The notes: generated from the letters alone by a model not told the origin. A DNA stretch of 25,177 nt from a virus (IMGVR_UViG_3300048999_000159:1-25177); one strand, 5' to 3'. Shown: positions 8,923 through 17,290, counted from the first letter of the stretch. Program-made: numbers and translations.

Positions 8923-9518
8923 GACGTCACGAACGCGGTCGAGCCGTAGCGGGCCCGCAGTCGCTCGAGCACCCGCTGGGGGATGGGTAGCTCACCGGCC
9001 TGCTGCTGCGCGGAGAACTGGACCTTGAAGTCGTCGACGCCCAGGGCGGCCGGGGTCGCGCCGATCGGCAGGCCGTCGGCGATCCGGGCGAGGGCGTCGG
9101 CGACGAGGACGCGGGTCCACCGCATCAGCTCCGACGGTGGGCTGTCGTAGCCGACGGTGTAGGTGACCTCGATGATGCTGGCCTCGGGGCGCCGCAGCTG
9201 CCAGTAGGGCTCGAGGCGCCAGATGCCGAAGATCAGGACGTTGTCGACGAGCTCCCAGCGGGCCGGGTCGATGACAACGCCGTCGATGGCCACCTGGGAG
9301 ATGCCCCGGATCGGTGTCCCGGGCAGGTGCACCTCGTGGCCCTGATCGAGGCCGCGGCGGTGGGCGATGGTGATCTCGGCGGCCGGATAGACCTGCCAGC
9401 CGATCTCGTCGCGGAGGAAGTCCGAGGCCTCCTCGCACAGCTCGGCGGCGAGAACGGGGTCGGTGAAGGTGATGCTGCGGGCCGAGAGGTCGGCCACCGT
9501 CGCGAATGGTTCAGCCAC
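8919..9518 (-). CDS. Head-to-tail adaptor, 199 aa
   Basis: PFATVADL start and VTYTVGY..PP motif; first gene after the capsid gene; AAAGGAGG RBS. Confidence 0.85.
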   Translation of the reverse strand: MAEPFATVADLSARSITFTDPVLAAELCEEASDFLRDEIGWQVYPAAEITIAHRRGLDQGHEVHLPGTPIRGISQVAIDGVVIDPARWELVDNVLIFGIWRLEPYWQLRRPEASIIEVTYTVGYDSPPSELMRWTRVLVADALARIADGLPIGATPAALGVDDFKVQFSAQQQAGELPIPQRVLERLRARYGSTAFVTS

Positions 9519-9590
9519 GGTGGCCGACCTCCTTTCAGGTCCTTGCTGGCGCTCTGCTCAGTCGCGTCAGCTCAGTGAGGTGGAGCTGGG

Positions 9591-10646
9591 TCAGGAGACC
9601 TTGACGGAGGCGGTGACGAGCCCCGTCGGGCGCACGACCTTGCCGCCGTACAGGTGCAGGCCCTTGAGGGCGTCGGCGAACCGCTTCTGCGGCCGGAACG
9701 CCTCGACCTTGCTGATCTGCTCGGCGTAGGAGGTGGCGATCGCCGAACCGGAGACGGCCACCTGGCCACCGCCGGACAGGGCGATGTCGGCCACCGTGGC
9801 CGACGCCGAGGAGTTGACCGTCGTGACGGCGGTGCTCCCGTCCGCGGACACGGAGGCGACCTTGTTGGCGGCGCCGACACCGGTGCCGGCGATCGTCAGC
9901 CCGACGTCGCCCTGGTTGAACGTCCCGGCCGCGGCCACGATGTTCTTCGAGCCGGTCGTGGTGGTCGCGGTCAGGCCCGAGCGGTTGGCCTGGGGGGCGT
10001 TGTTCGACAGCAGGATGTTGAAGCCCGCGGCCCGGCCGACGAGGCCGTTGCGCAGTCCGCTGTCGTCGCCCGACTCGTTCACCTTGATGAACCGGCTGTC
10101 GAGGAGCAGCTGGCCGTGCGTGGCCGGGTCGATGACCGTGAACCGGCCGTTGGTGGGCACGTTGGCCTGGTCCAGCTTCACCTTCGACGGCACGAGCAGC
10201 CGGTCGTAGACGTTGCTGGCGGTCGTCGCGTCGACCACGCCGAGGGCGTTGCCCGCGGCTGCGACCATCTTGGCGGCCACGTACTGGTCGGCCTTGTCCC
10301 GCAGACCGAACGCGGCCTGGTTCGCGGCGTCGGTCATCAGCGCGCCGCCGGAGCGGGACTGGCGCATGTCGATGTCGTCGATCTCGAAGGCGAAGGCCTT
10401 GGCCTGGTCGATCAGGAGCAGCTGCTCGCTGTCGTTCAGGGTCTCGACGTTGAGGTCGGTGTCCTTGGCGTAGTCGACGATCGTCGGGGCGCCCACCGAG
10501 ACGATGTGCACGGTGTCGCCGAAGGCGGAGATCTCGCCCTCGTAGTCGCGGTTGACGCACGGCGTGCCCGCGTAGACGAGGTTCTTGTAGAGGACGGAGA
10601 GGACCTGGGCGGCCCAGACCTCGGGGATGAAGTTGGCGATCGACAT
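9591..10646 (-). CDS. Major capsid protein (HK97 fold, P22-coat-like family), 351 aa
   Basis: FIPEVWAA, VNRDYEGEI...GDTVHI, LLIDQAKAFAF.IDDID and FADALKGLHLYGGKVVRP motifs. Confidence 0.95.
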   Translation of the reverse strand: MSIANFIPEVWAAQVLSVLYKNLVYAGTPCVNRDYEGEISAFGDTVHIVSVGAPTIVDYAKDTDLNVETLNDSEQLLLIDQAKAFAFEIDDIDMRQSRSGGALMTDAANQAAFGLRDKADQYVAAKMVAAAGNALGVVDATTASNVYDRLLVPSKVKLDQANVPTNGRFTVIDPATHGQLLLDSRFIKVNESGDDSGLRNGLVGRAAGFNILLSNNAPQANRSGLTATTTTGSKNIVAAAGTFNQGDVGLTIAGTGVGAANKVASVSADGSTAVTTVNSSASATVADIALSGGGQVAVSGSAIATSYAEQISKVEAFRPQKRFADALKGLHLYGGKVVRPTGLVTASVKVS

Positions 10647-10674
10647 GGTGGCGGTCGTCCTTTCTCAGGGCATG

Positions 10675-10713
10675 CCGACGAGCCCGGCACGCGGCGCGTG
10701 CGGGCTGGGTCGG
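10675..10713 (-). promoter_or_regulatory. Long imperfect hairpin between the scaffold and capsid genes
   Basis: Plus strand CCGAC-G-AGCCCG-G-CACGC-GGC-GCGTG-CGGGCT-GG-GTCGG; no U-tract; lies just upstream of the MCP RBS. Confidence 0.55.
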
Positions 10714-10725
10714 GAGGGGGTCAGA

Positions 10726-11472
10726 TCAGGAGATGCCGAGCAGCTTGTTGAGCCGGCCATCGGTGCGGGCCTTCTCGATCTCGGCGTGCTTGCCTTCACG
10801 GGCGAGGCGCTCGACGTCGGCCCGGGCCAGCTGCGGCTTGCCCGCATCGCCCCGGTCGCCCTGGTCGGCGCCGCCCTGGAACTTCTTCTTGGACTCACCT
10901 TGCGTGACCCCGAGGTACGGACGCGCCTCCAGGAGCTCCTTGAGCGCGTCCGTGATCGCCTCGACGTCGACCTTGCCGTCGTCGAGGAAGTCGTCGAGCT
11001 TGTCGGCGAGGAACAGGCGGGCGTCCTCCGGGTTGGAGAACAGCCGCGCGGCCTTCGCCTCGATCTTGTCCATCGCCCGCTCGCGCAGAGCTCCGGCATT
11101 GGCCTCGTCGCGGGCCTGCTTGCGCAGCGCCTCGAGGTCGGGCGCGCCGTCGCCGTCGTCCTTGGGCTTGGTGGCGTCGGCGAGCTTGGTGGCGAGGTCC
11201 TTGGCCTTGTCGCGCTCGGCCCGCCACTTCGCCTTCATGGCGTCGAGGGCCTTCTTGCCGGCGTCGCCGAGGTCACCCTCGCCCTCGCCGGGCTCCCCTT
11301 CCCCGGGCTCCCCTTCCCCGGGCTCCCCTTCCCCGGGCTCCCCTTCCCCGGGCTCCCCTTCGCCGGCGTCCATGCGGAGGTCGAGGCCTCCGGCCCAGGC
11401 GCGGCGGGCGGCGAGGAAGTCGGCGGCGAGCCCTTCGGCGTCGGCCAGGGTGGCGATGATGCGGTGGGACAC
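10726..11472 (-). CDS. Capsid scaffolding protein, 248 aa
   Basis: AAGGAG RBS before GTG at 11472; LGDAGKKALDAMK, VDVEAI...L...RPYL and FQGGADQG motifs; directly precedes the MCP. Confidence 0.9.
   Translation of the reverse strand: MSHRIIATLADAEGLAADFLAARRAWAGGLDLRMDAGEGEPGEGEPGEGEPGEGEPGEGEPGEGEGDLGDAGKKALDAMKAKWRAERDKAKDLATKLADATKPKDDGDGAPDLEALRKQARDEANAGALRERAMDKIEAKAARLFSNPEDARLFLADKLDDFLDDGKVDVEAITDALKELLEARPYLGVTQGESKKKFQGGADQGDRGDAGKPQLARADVERLAREGKHAEIEKARTDGRLNKLLGIS
11288..11362. repeat. 15-bp tandem repeat x5 (CCGGGCTCCCCTTCC) encoding (GEGEP)5
   Basis: Four identical copies and a fifth that differs only at its last base. Confidence 0.95.
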
Positions 11473-11522
11473 GGTCTCTCCTTGCGAGAGGTCGTCGCGG
11501 GCCCTGTGCGGGCCGGCGGGGG

Positions 11523-12446
11523 TCAGCGGAGGTAGCCGTAGAGCCGGAGGAGGCGGATGGCGTCCTCGCGGTCGGTGGCCAGCGCGTAGATGGCCTCGGG
11601 CATCAGCCGGGCGCGGCCGCGCAGCAGCGCACCGGCGAGCCCGGACCGGGTGGTGCCTTCGGTGGTGGCCTTCAGCCCCGCGCCGGCGACGTAGACCCCG
11701 CCGGCGCGGCGGGCGTTGACCACCTGGTTGATGTCGGCGCCGTCCCGGATGGCTTCCGCCCCGGCCCGGGTGAAGGTGCGGTCCTGCGCGGCGCGGGACA
11801 TCGACCGGAACGCGTCGTCGACGTCGGTGACCATGCCCTTGCCTGCGGACTGCCCTACCGGGACGTTCACGCACTGGCAGCGGGGATGCCGCTCGAACCC
11901 GGACGACCAGCGGTACCAGCGGCCGGCCAGTACGAGGCAGCGGGAGCACGCTCCCGGCGCGCACTGGCGGATGTAGCCGCCGACGCGGGGACTGGCCGCG
12001 GTCCGGACCGACGCCGACACCCGGGCGGCGTCAGCGACCTGCGTCATGACGATGCCGTCGAGCAGGCTGCCGCCGGCCGTGAGGCCGTCGATCGGTCCGT
12101 AGTCGGAGGCGACGTGCAGGGCGCGCAGCGGCACGCTGCCCAGAACGGTCGCGAGGTCCATCCCCGACGAGCCGATCGCCAACGCGCTCGGCACCACCGT
12201 CCCGAGCGCTTCCGAGCCGATGCCGAGCTGCTCGAGCATGGCCGGCACGTAGTCGGCGCCGTCGCGCGCGGCCGCGATCTGTACGGCTGCCAGCTGGGCG
12301 GTCAGTTGCGTGGCGATCGCCGCCCAACCGCCGACGATGTTGTTCGGCGGCACGGTCGACCAGGCGTTGCGGGCCGCCAGCAGCATCGCCAACATGCGCC
12401 GGCGCGTGGCCAGCGAGAACTCAGCCGCCGCCGAGGGGATCGGCAC
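11523..12446 (-). CDS. Minor head protein / capsid maturation protein (MuF-like), about 307 aa
   Basis: TQVADAAR, ACSRCLVLAGRWY, FERHPRCQC, IRDGADINQVVNARR and RLMPEAIY motifs; GTG at 12446 has a GGAG RBS (the ORF track start at 12464 is the alternative). Confidence 0.85.
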   Translation of the reverse strand: MPIPSAAAEFSLATRRRMLAMLLAARNAWSTVPPNNIVGGWAAIATQLTAQLAAVQIAAARDGADYVPAMLEQLGIGSEALGTVVPSALAIGSSGMDLATVLGSVPLRALHVASDYGPIDGLTAGGSLLDGIVMTQVADAARVSASVRTAASPRVGGYIRQCAPGACSRCLVLAGRWYRWSSGFERHPRCQCVNVPVGQSAGKGMVTDVDDAFRSMSRAAQDRTFTRAGAEAIRDGADINQVVNARRAGGVYVAGAGLKATTEGTTRSGLAGALLRGRARLMPEAIYALATDREDAIRLLRLYGYLR

Positions 12447-13902
12447 TGTGATCCGCTCCCCCACCGACGTCGATCGCCGGGACCCGGTTGAGGAGGCCGG
12501 CGCCGGCCGGGTCGTTGGCGATCATGGTCATGAGCCGCGCGACCTGGCTCTGAGAGAGCCCGTACCGCTCCTGGGCGACCCACTCCAGCGGGAAGCCGAC
12601 CTGGCGGTCCTTCAGCGCGGCGTCGGAGGTCTGGGCCTCCGATGCCGTCTCGGGGTTGTGCCACTGCAGCACCGCGGTGCGGCAGGCGTCGGCGACCTTG
12701 TTCTCGCCGCGCGCGAGGGCCATGAGCCGGAACAGTCTGCGGGCCGGCGACCCGTAGAACTCGTGGTCCTCGCGGACGTCGTTGGCCAGCGGGATCTCCG
12801 TGGCCTTCAGGGTCTCGCCGTTGACGTTGCCGAGGTCGCCGACGATGTAGTGGATCGGCGTCTTCGTCTGGCTGGCGATGTGCTTGACCGCCACGTTGAT
12901 CACGTTGGTGAACGGGTCGAGGCTCGCCGCGTCCCAGGAGTCGATCTCGGGCTTCGCCCCGGTCAGGTACAGCAGCCGGCCGGCGGCCAGCTTGTCCATG
13001 TCGACCGGCTTCTCACCGATCTTCACGCCCTGGGCGTTGAGGATCGGCATCTTCGGCGCCTCGGAGCCCAGGATGACCCGGGCCGGCATCGACGCGTAGT
13101 CGGCGGCCACCGCCAGGTAGGCCCACATCAGGTTGATGAAGTCCTGCATGGCGACCGTGCCGGAGATCCGCGACAGCGGCTCGCCCTTCAGCGGCGGCTT
13201 GTGTCGGAACTCGAGGACGTTGAGCTCGCCGAGCGGGTTGTCCAACGGCCAGGTGTCGTCGCTCGCCGGCTGGTAGGACGACCAGCCGCCGGTGTCGAGC
13301 TGGACGCTGCCGATCACCACCAGGCCGGAGGAGGTCTGCCCGTTGACGACCTGCGTCGTGGTCAGCCGGCGGAACTTCCAGAGGAAGTCGGGGGTGTACA
13401 GGGTGGCGAACTCGTAGTCGCCGTCGCACCAGCTCTTCAGCGCGTAGCGGGGGAGCCCGGTCCCCGGCTCGTAGTCGACGATGACGTGCGAGGGGTGCTC
13501 CCAGGTGACGACCGGGCTGTCCTCGTCGTCGCCCCAGACGATCGCGGCCGAGCGGCGGGCGATCGAGGCGGTCAGGAAGCCCTGGCTCGACTTGGTGGGC
13601 AGCTCGTTGACCATCCAGTCCCGCCAGAGCGCCTTCTCCGCGGGGTCCTGGACCTGGTCGTCGTCGCCGAGGCGGATCCCGGTGAGCTTGGTGCGCTCTG
13701 CTGACGCCCCGCCGACGATGCCGCACCAGTTGTCGGAGAAGCCTCGGTAGCGGCGGGCGTGATCGGCCTTCCACTCCTCGGATGCGTAGGCCAGCGGGTG
13801 CTCACCGCGGTGGTAGGACTCGAACTTCTCGATCTCGGAGCGGCGGCTGGTCAGCTTGTCGTACAGCCGCTTGACGGTGGAGAGGGCCTGGTCGGCGTTC
13901 AC
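12421..13902 (-). CDS. Portal protein (SPP1 gp6-like), 493 aa
   Basis: YHRGEHPL, FSDNWCGIV, QDFINL and TKTPIHY...NVNGETLKA motifs; follows the terminase. Confidence 0.95.
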   Translation of the reverse strand: MNADQALSTVKRLYDKLTSRRSEIEKFESYHRGEHPLAYASEEWKADHARRYRGFSDNWCGIVGGASAERTKLTGIRLGDDDQVQDPAEKALWRDWMVNELPTKSSQGFLTASIARRSAAIVWGDDEDSPVVTWEHPSHVIVDYEPGTGLPRYALKSWCDGDYEFATLYTPDFLWKFRRLTTTQVVNGQTSSGLVVIGSVQLDTGGWSSYQPASDDTWPLDNPLGELNVLEFRHKPPLKGEPLSRISGTVAMQDFINLMWAYLAVAADYASMPARVILGSEAPKMPILNAQGVKIGEKPVDMDKLAAGRLLYLTGAKPEIDSWDAASLDPFTNVINVAVKHIASQTKTPIHYIVGDLGNVNGETLKATEIPLANDVREDHEFYGSPARRLFRLMALARGENKVADACRTAVLQWHNPETASEAQTSDAALKDRQVGFPLEWVAQERYGLSQSQVARLMTMIANDPAGAGLLNRVPAIDVGGGADHSADPLGGG

Positions 13903-13915
13903 GGGCCTCCTCAGG

Positions 13916-14527
13916 TCAGCGGAAGTAGACGTATGCGGGTTCCGCGCGGGGGAGCCAGCCGGCGGCGCGCTCGTCCGAGGCGGCCTCGTGGCAGATCACC
14001 GAGGTGACGGCGACGTCGATCTTTTGGTGCTGCGCGGGCTTGCCGAGCGCGTACCGCTCGCCGCGGGCGATCTTGCGGGCGTTGCGGACGTGCGTGGCCG
14101 TGGTCGGGCAGCCGTCGTGCGTGATCAGCGAGCCCAGGTCGGCCTCGAAGCGTCGGATCGCTGGGTACATGCGGGCCAGCTGGTTGGTCGGCCACGGCAC
14201 GAACACCTCGTCGCCGAACTTCGTCGCCCAGTCCTCGATCTCGGACTCCCACGACTTCTCGTCGTGGAAGCCGGGGTCGCAGTAGACGCGGCGCAGCTCG
14301 TATCGGGTCGACAGCTCGTCCCAGGCGGCCCGGACCTCGCCGCGCGGGATCTTCCCGTCCCACTCGGCGGGGTTCCAGATCGTCGGTCGGCGGTCCGGGC
14401 CGTACCGGGGGGTGAACAGGTAGCCGGCCTGGGTTTCCAGCTTGATCGCCGTGTGGTCGTCGTTCTCCGACCCGTCGAAGCCGCCGCAGACGCTGGTCCC
14501 GGCTTCGGGCTCAGGCAGCTGCGACAC
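13916..14527 (-). CDS. terL: Terminase large subunit, nuclease domain, 203 aa
   Basis: GFDGS.NDD.TA, YCDP and KIDVAVTS RNase H-like acidic motifs; own GGAGG RBS and GTG start inside the end of the ATPase gene. Confidence 0.9.
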   Translation of the reverse strand: MSQLPEPEAGTSVCGGFDGSENDDHTAIKLETQAGYLFTPRYGPDRRPTIWNPAEWDGKIPRGEVRAAWDELSTRYELRRVYCDPGFHDEKSWESEIEDWATKFGDEVFVPWPTNQLARMYPAIRRFEADLGSLITHDGCPTTATHVRNARKIARGERYALGKPAQHQKIDVAVTSVICHEAASDERAAGWLPRAEPAYVYFR

Positions 14528-15581
14528 GGTCGGCCCTCCGGCTGTCCCACAGGCCGTCGGGCAGCCAGGAGCCGCCGCCGGCGACGATCCGGTTGCCGAA
14601 GAACCGCTCGGCCTGCGCAGGGTCGGTCGCTGCGAGCTCGCTGGCCTCGCCCTCGATCGAGTCGAGGTTCACGTGCTCGGAGCCCTCGTAGACGTAGGCG
14701 TGGATCCTGCGTCGCTCGGCCTTGACCGAGTACTTCAGCTTCGGCGGTGGCTGGCGGAAGTACCGGAAGACGTCGGTGGACGCCGTCTCGTAGGTGGTCT
14801 GAGCGACCGACTCCTCAGACGGGTCCCAGGCGTTGGTGGTCTCCAGCGTGCGCCCGCCCATGCCGGCAGCGCCGCGGCGCTGGGTCTCGGCGACCCGGCG
14901 CATCTTGTTGGCCTTCGTGTAGAGCCCGGTTTCGTCCTGGAACGCCGCGCTGATCGGGTTGCCGAGCCGGCTGTTGGCCGAGGCGGTGACCTTGTCGATG
15001 CGGTCCAGGTCGGGGTCGTCACTGCCGCCGAGCACGCGGATGAAGCCCTCGCGGACGCTGAGCAGCTCGGCCAGGGGGCCCATGCGGATCATCGCCGTCA
15101 GGGGCCGGTAGATGTTGTCGACCTGGTCCTCGGACGTCGCCGTGAGCTGGATCAGCGGGGACGGCTGCCGGATGCCCGTGGGCTCGCCGACCTCGTACTC
15201 GTAGGCCCAGCCGCAGGGGCAGCCGAAGTCCTCGCAGTCGTAGACATCCCCGGCGCGCGCCCAGCCGCCGAAGACCGTCGGGCCGACCGCTTCGGCCGTC
15301 ACGAGGCCAGCGGTCCACGGTCCCTTGCCGGTCTTCTGTGGCGCGACCACCTGCGAGCGCCGGTAGACGAACGCCTGGTTGAGCAGCGGGCGCTCGGGGA
15401 TCCACTTCGCGTCCTCGCGGATCCGGTAGTGGTTCGCGGTGCACCAGAACTGCCAGTCGTACTGGTGGAACGGCTTGCCGCGGTCGAACCCGTCGGGGAC
15501 CCGGCAGTGCTGCTCGAGCCAGCCGTCGATCAGGTCGCCGAGCGTGGGGAAGTCGACCTTGCCGACGTGATCGCTGATCAC
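14511..15581 (-). CDS. terL: Terminase large subunit, ATPase domain, 356 aa
   Basis: Adenine-binding YDWQ, Walker A VAPQKTGKG, ATSEDQ, Walker B AAFQDE, motif III ETTNA. Confidence 0.92.
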   Translation of the reverse strand: MISDHVGKVDFPTLGDLIDGWLEQHCRVPDGFDRGKPFHQYDWQFWCTANHYRIREDAKWIPERPLLNQAFVYRRSQVVAPQKTGKGPWTAGLVTAEAVGPTVFGGWARAGDVYDCEDFGCPCGWAYEYEVGEPTGIRQPSPLIQLTATSEDQVDNIYRPLTAMIRMGPLAELLSVREGFIRVLGGSDDPDLDRIDKVTASANSRLGNPISAAFQDETGLYTKANKMRRVAETQRRGAAGMGGRTLETTNAWDPSEESVAQTTYETASTDVFRYFRQPPPKLKYSVKAERRRIHAYVYEGSEHVNLDSIEGEASELAATDPAQAERFFGNRIVAGGGSWLPDGLWDSRRADRVAAA

Positions 15582-16072
15582 CGCAGCCGCCGCGGCCGCC
15601 GCACCTGGGGTTCGGCCGCGGCCTCAGCCTCGGGCGTCTCCGTGGCCGGGCGAGAGGCCCGGCGCGCGCCGATCTCGTCGACCGCGACCTGCCAGCCCAT
15701 CTCGGCCAGGCCGGCCGTCGTCATGCCGATCTGGTCGGCGAAGCGGTGCAGCTGCCCGTACAGCGCGGCGCCGGCCTCAGTGCTCTCGCAGCGGACCTTG
15801 ACCCGAACCCACATCGCGACGCTCGGGATCCGCCAGCGCTCGGATGGCAGTGACCACGCGCAGGCCTGCGGGGTGCGCCACGCGGCCGCCCAGACCTGGG
15901 TCTCCCGGATCGAGATCTCGTCGTCGATCGCCGCAGGCAGCGGGAAGTCGGGGATCTCGCCGTCGTAGCCCTCCGCCGGCAGAGCCTTCAGCGAGTAGCC
16001 GCGGGCGTCGGAGCGTCCCGACCTCGGATCCGCCGCCGGACCGGACCGGTTCCGCGCTCCCCCACGCCCCAT
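15578..16072 (-). CDS. terS: Terminase small subunit, 164 aa
   Basis: GGARNRSGP.ADPRS.RS, LPAEGY.G..P.FPL, W..AWRTPQA.AW and IGMT..GL...GW motifs; GTGA-coupled to terL. Confidence 0.9.
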   Translation of the reverse strand: MGRGGARNRSGPAADPRSGRSDARGYSLKALPAEGYDGEIPDFPLPAAIDDEISIRETQVWAAAWRTPQACAWSLPSERWRIPSVAMWVRVKVRCESTEAGAALYGQLHRFADQIGMTTAGLAEMGWQVAVDEIGARRASRPATETPEAEAAAEPQVRRPRRLR

Positions 16073-16243
16073 CGCCGGTCACCGCCTCCCCCGCGGCCCC
16101 AGCCGGCGGTCACAGAAGGTGACTGATGATCTTGACCCGCGAATGTTTGAACCCTCCGCGGGTGGGAGAGCCCTCCCCGGCGGTCCAGGCCGCGACGGCG
16201 CGAGGGGGGCACCCCCCATGCCTTGGTCACGGTGGGTGACCGG

Positions 16244-16594
16244 TCAGCGTTCGTTCCAGCCGCCGGGCTGGTTGCTCGAGGTCTCGCGGTCGTGGCAGCG
16301 CTTGCACAGGCCGCGGCCGAAGCGCGGGTCATCGGGGTTGCGGCCGCTCGTGATCAGCTCTCGCCGGGACAGCGGCCAGTGGTCGGCGACGGTGGACGCG
16401 GCGAGCTCGCACAGCACGCAGATCGGGTCGCGGTCGAGCACGTCAGTGCGGAAGTGCCGGTGGCCGGCGCTGTTGTAGCCGCGCTCGGTGGCGGTGCCAC
16501 GGTCGCGGTCGGCCTGTCGCTGGCAGTCGGGGCAGCGTCCGCTGTCGGTGAGGCGTGGGCAGCCTGGCCTGGTGCAGACACGTCGCGATGGCAC
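16244..16594 (-). CDS. HNH endonuclease (packaging-associated), 116 aa
   Basis: AGGAG RBS before GTG at 16594; C..PGCP...GRC..C, RGY, RDPICVLC...ADH and GLCKRCH motifs; directly upstream of terS. Confidence 0.92.
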   Translation of the reverse strand: MPSRRVCTRPGCPRLTDSGRCPDCQRQADRDRGTATERGYNSAGHRHFRTDVLDRDPICVLCELAASTVADHWPLSRRELITSGRNPDDPRFGRGLCKRCHDRETSSNQPGGWNER

Positions 16595-16610
16595 GGCTCT
16601 CCTGCCAGAG

Positions 16611-16742
16611 TCAGCTGTCCAGATCTGGACAGCGCGGGCGCACGAGGCCGCAGCCTGGGCACCACTCGTGCTCGGTACCGAGGGGCTGCCAGTCGTGGGC
16701 GTGCGGCTGGAGGGAGCGCCGGTAGGCCTCGAGGTCAGGCAC
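16611..16742 (-). CDS. Hypothetical 43-aa protein with H.H.W and CPGC motifs
   Basis: GTG 7 nt after the previous stop; fills the gap before the HNH RBS; MPDLEAYRRSLQPHAHDWQPLGTEHEWCPGCGLVRPRCPDLDS; RBS is weak. Confidence 0.5.
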   Translation of the reverse strand: MPDLEAYRRSLQPHAHDWQPLGTEHEWCPGCGLVRPRCPDLDS

Positions 16743-16749
16743 CGATCGG

Positions 16750-16947
16750 CTAGAGCCGGACGGCGCAGTGCGGGCAGCGGTGCACGTGCATCGGCACGTT
16801 GCGCAGCGGCTTGCCGCAGCCGCCTTCGGCCTGGCAGCGGGCGAAGTCGCAGTCGCACAGGGCGAGGTCGACGGCCTTGGTGCCCGGCAGGCTGGTCTGC
16901 ACGTGGCGGACGACCGGTTCGGTCTTGCAGTGCGTGCAGACGGCCAT
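16750..16947 (-). CDS. Small Cys-rich (double zinc-ribbon-like) protein, 65 aa
   Basis: GGAGGA RBS; eight Cys in CTHC, CDC, C-x5-C and CPHC. Confidence 0.75.
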   Translation of the reverse strand: MAVCTHCKTEPVVRHVQTSLPGTKAVDLALCDCDFARCQAEGGCGKPLRNVPMHVHRCPHCAVRL

Positions 16948-16960
16948 GGCGTCCTCCGTT

Positions 16961-17209
16961 CTACGCGTCGGGGTCGTGGCTGACGCGGGGGAGGCGAGCA
17001 GCGTTGAAGCCGCGGTAGCGGCCGCCCCAGACGCCGACGTCGCGGCGTTCGTCGGCGAGCTGGCCGCACGGGGTGAGCCGCGGGCAGGTCTGGCAGACGG
17101 CGACCGCGCCGGCGATGCGGGCGCGCTTGGCCTTGCGGCCTTCCCCGCCGCGCACGTCGACGTCCCAGGTCGTTGCCGGGAGTTCGGAGGTGGCGCAGGC
17201 CGCGCTCAC
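16961..17209 (-). CDS. whiB: WhiB-family Fe-S transcription factor, 82 aa
   Basis: C5-x33-C39-x2-C42-x5-C48 followed by GVWGG. Confidence 0.85.
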   Translation of the reverse strand: MSAACATSELPATTWDVDVRGGEGRKAKRARIAGAVAVCQTCPRLTPCGQLADERRDVGVWGGRYRGFNAARLPRVSHDPDA

Positions 17210-17289
17210 GTCGACCGGTGGGCGGCGCGGCAGGTGTCGCAGGACGCCATCCAGACGTGGTGGCGTAGGCAGCGGAACACGGCGAGCAC
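17206..17289 (-). CDS. 27-aa Cys/His microprotein MLAVFRCLRHHVWMASCDTCRAAHRST
   Basis: GGAGG RBS 6 nt before GTG at 17289; its TGA overlaps the WhiB GTG (GTGA); below the ORF-track size cutoff. Confidence 0.65.
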   Translation of the reverse strand: MLAVFRCLRHHVWMASCDTCRAAHRST

Positions 17290-17290
17290 G

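Noticed and set aside
11288-11362. Tandem repeat considered as a CRISPR array
   Set aside because: 15-bp units with no spacers, in frame within the scaffold gene.
14505-14545. terL as a frameshifted pseudogene or programmed frameshift
   Set aside because: No slippery heptamer or homopolymer run; the break is at the domain boundary and the second half has its own RBS and start. A sequencing indel cannot be fully excluded without reads.
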